The position numbers and the translations under genes are program-made. From the sequence record NC_019406.1: 64,000 bases of DNA; one strand, 5' to 3'. Of this stretch, positions 63,332-64,000 are shown piece after piece. Each line of letters starts with the position of its first letter. Within the stretch, counting starts at the first letter, position 1. A model generated the notes under the pieces. The model made no database searches, was not told the DNA's origin, and was given only the letters and a program-made list of their open reading frames with translations.

Positions 63332-63402
63332 GGCTGACACCGAGTGTTGACAGCCGGCGCCGGGGCAGTCTAAAACCGACATCTGATCTGACAGGAGACC
63401 TC

Positions 63403-64000
63403 GTGACCAAGAAGAGCCGATACATCGCTCCGACGCTTGCCAAGGACGTGCTCGAAAACAGCCGTTTCTTCGGCTCGGACTCGGTCTTCAATGGTAAGCT
63501 CTTCGAAGGCGACGAGCGCCTCGTGGTCATCGTTGGCGAGAATGCGTCGGGCAAGAGCCTGCTCTTCCGTTCAATGGCGGCCTGGGTCAAGAAGGACTAT
63601 AAAGTCACCGGTATCACGATCTCGATTCGAGAGCGCACGGACAGTACGGTCCCGTTCCGCCGCTCGTTCATGTTCGGCGAAGAGTCCGAGAAGTCGACCG
63701 GCGCCAATTCCTTCCAAGTGATCGAGGCTGGACTCAGAAATGCCGAGGGCGGCGGCCACGGTCAGACCCTACTGATGCTGGATGAGCCGGAGATCGGCCT
63801 GTCCGACGGCTACGCGCGAGCGCTCGGTGAGTACCTGGGCCAACGCGCCTTGACCCTAACCGACGCCTGTCAAGGCCTAGTGGTTGTGACCCATAGCCAC
63901 AGTCTCGTACGAGGTGCTGTGGAAGGCCTCAAGACGGCCCCGACCTTCGTTCACGTGGGCAGCCAGCCGAAGCCTTTGGACGAATGGCTCGGGACCACTG
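63403..64000 (+). CDS. ABC/AAA-type P-loop ATPase (truncated by the window end)
   Basis: GTG after AGGAGA; VGENASGKS Walker A, LMLDEPEIGL Walker B; not in ORF track because it runs off the window. Confidence 0.8.
   Translation, partial: MTKKSRYIAPTLAKDVLENSRFFGSDSVFNGKLFEGDERLVVIVGENASGKSLLFRSMAAWVKKDYKVTGITISIRERTDSTVPFRRSFMFGEESEKSTGANSFQVIEAGLRNAEGGGHGQTLLMLDEPEIGLSDGYARALGEYLGQRALTLTDACQGLVVVTHSHSLVRGAVEGLKTAPTFVHVGSQPKPLDEWLGTT

Overview
This is a 64-kb segment of a large, GC-rich phage genome, most consistent with a phiCbK-like phage of Caulobacter/Brevundimonas-type alphaproteobacteria. That assignment is inferred from a T7-like PolA, rIIA/rIIB, a ter cluster, an HfaB-like gene, an alphaproteobacterial two-piece tmRNA and CtrA-type TTAACCAT motifs. 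No structural genes are present. The window holds replication and modification genes (PolA, C5 and N6 methyltransferases, SNF2 helicase, large primase-helicase-like protein, ATP-dependent ligase, tyrosine recombinase). It also holds a large counter-defence and host-takeover set: Nampt plus NadM-Nudix, NADAR, a macro-like protein, two RNA ligases (Rnl2-type and RtcB), two MazG-like proteins, a Mesh1/SpoT-like HD hydrolase, AlkB, an HhH glycosylase, TerD/TerC/vWA/TelA and an hfa/curli-like secreted operon. The most unusual part is a ~2.35-kb non-coding RNA island (about 7460-9815, + strand). It contains a circularly permuted tmRNA with its own degradation tag, three tRNAs (two with unexpected long variable arms) and a 63-nt CCA-ended tRNA-like RNA. 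It also has six copies of an unexplained structured RNA module (stem-GAC-hairpin) that shows covariation. A recurring 17-bp pseudo-palindrome overlaps many -35 boxes. All calls were made by eye from the sequence and the ORF track; no database searches were run.
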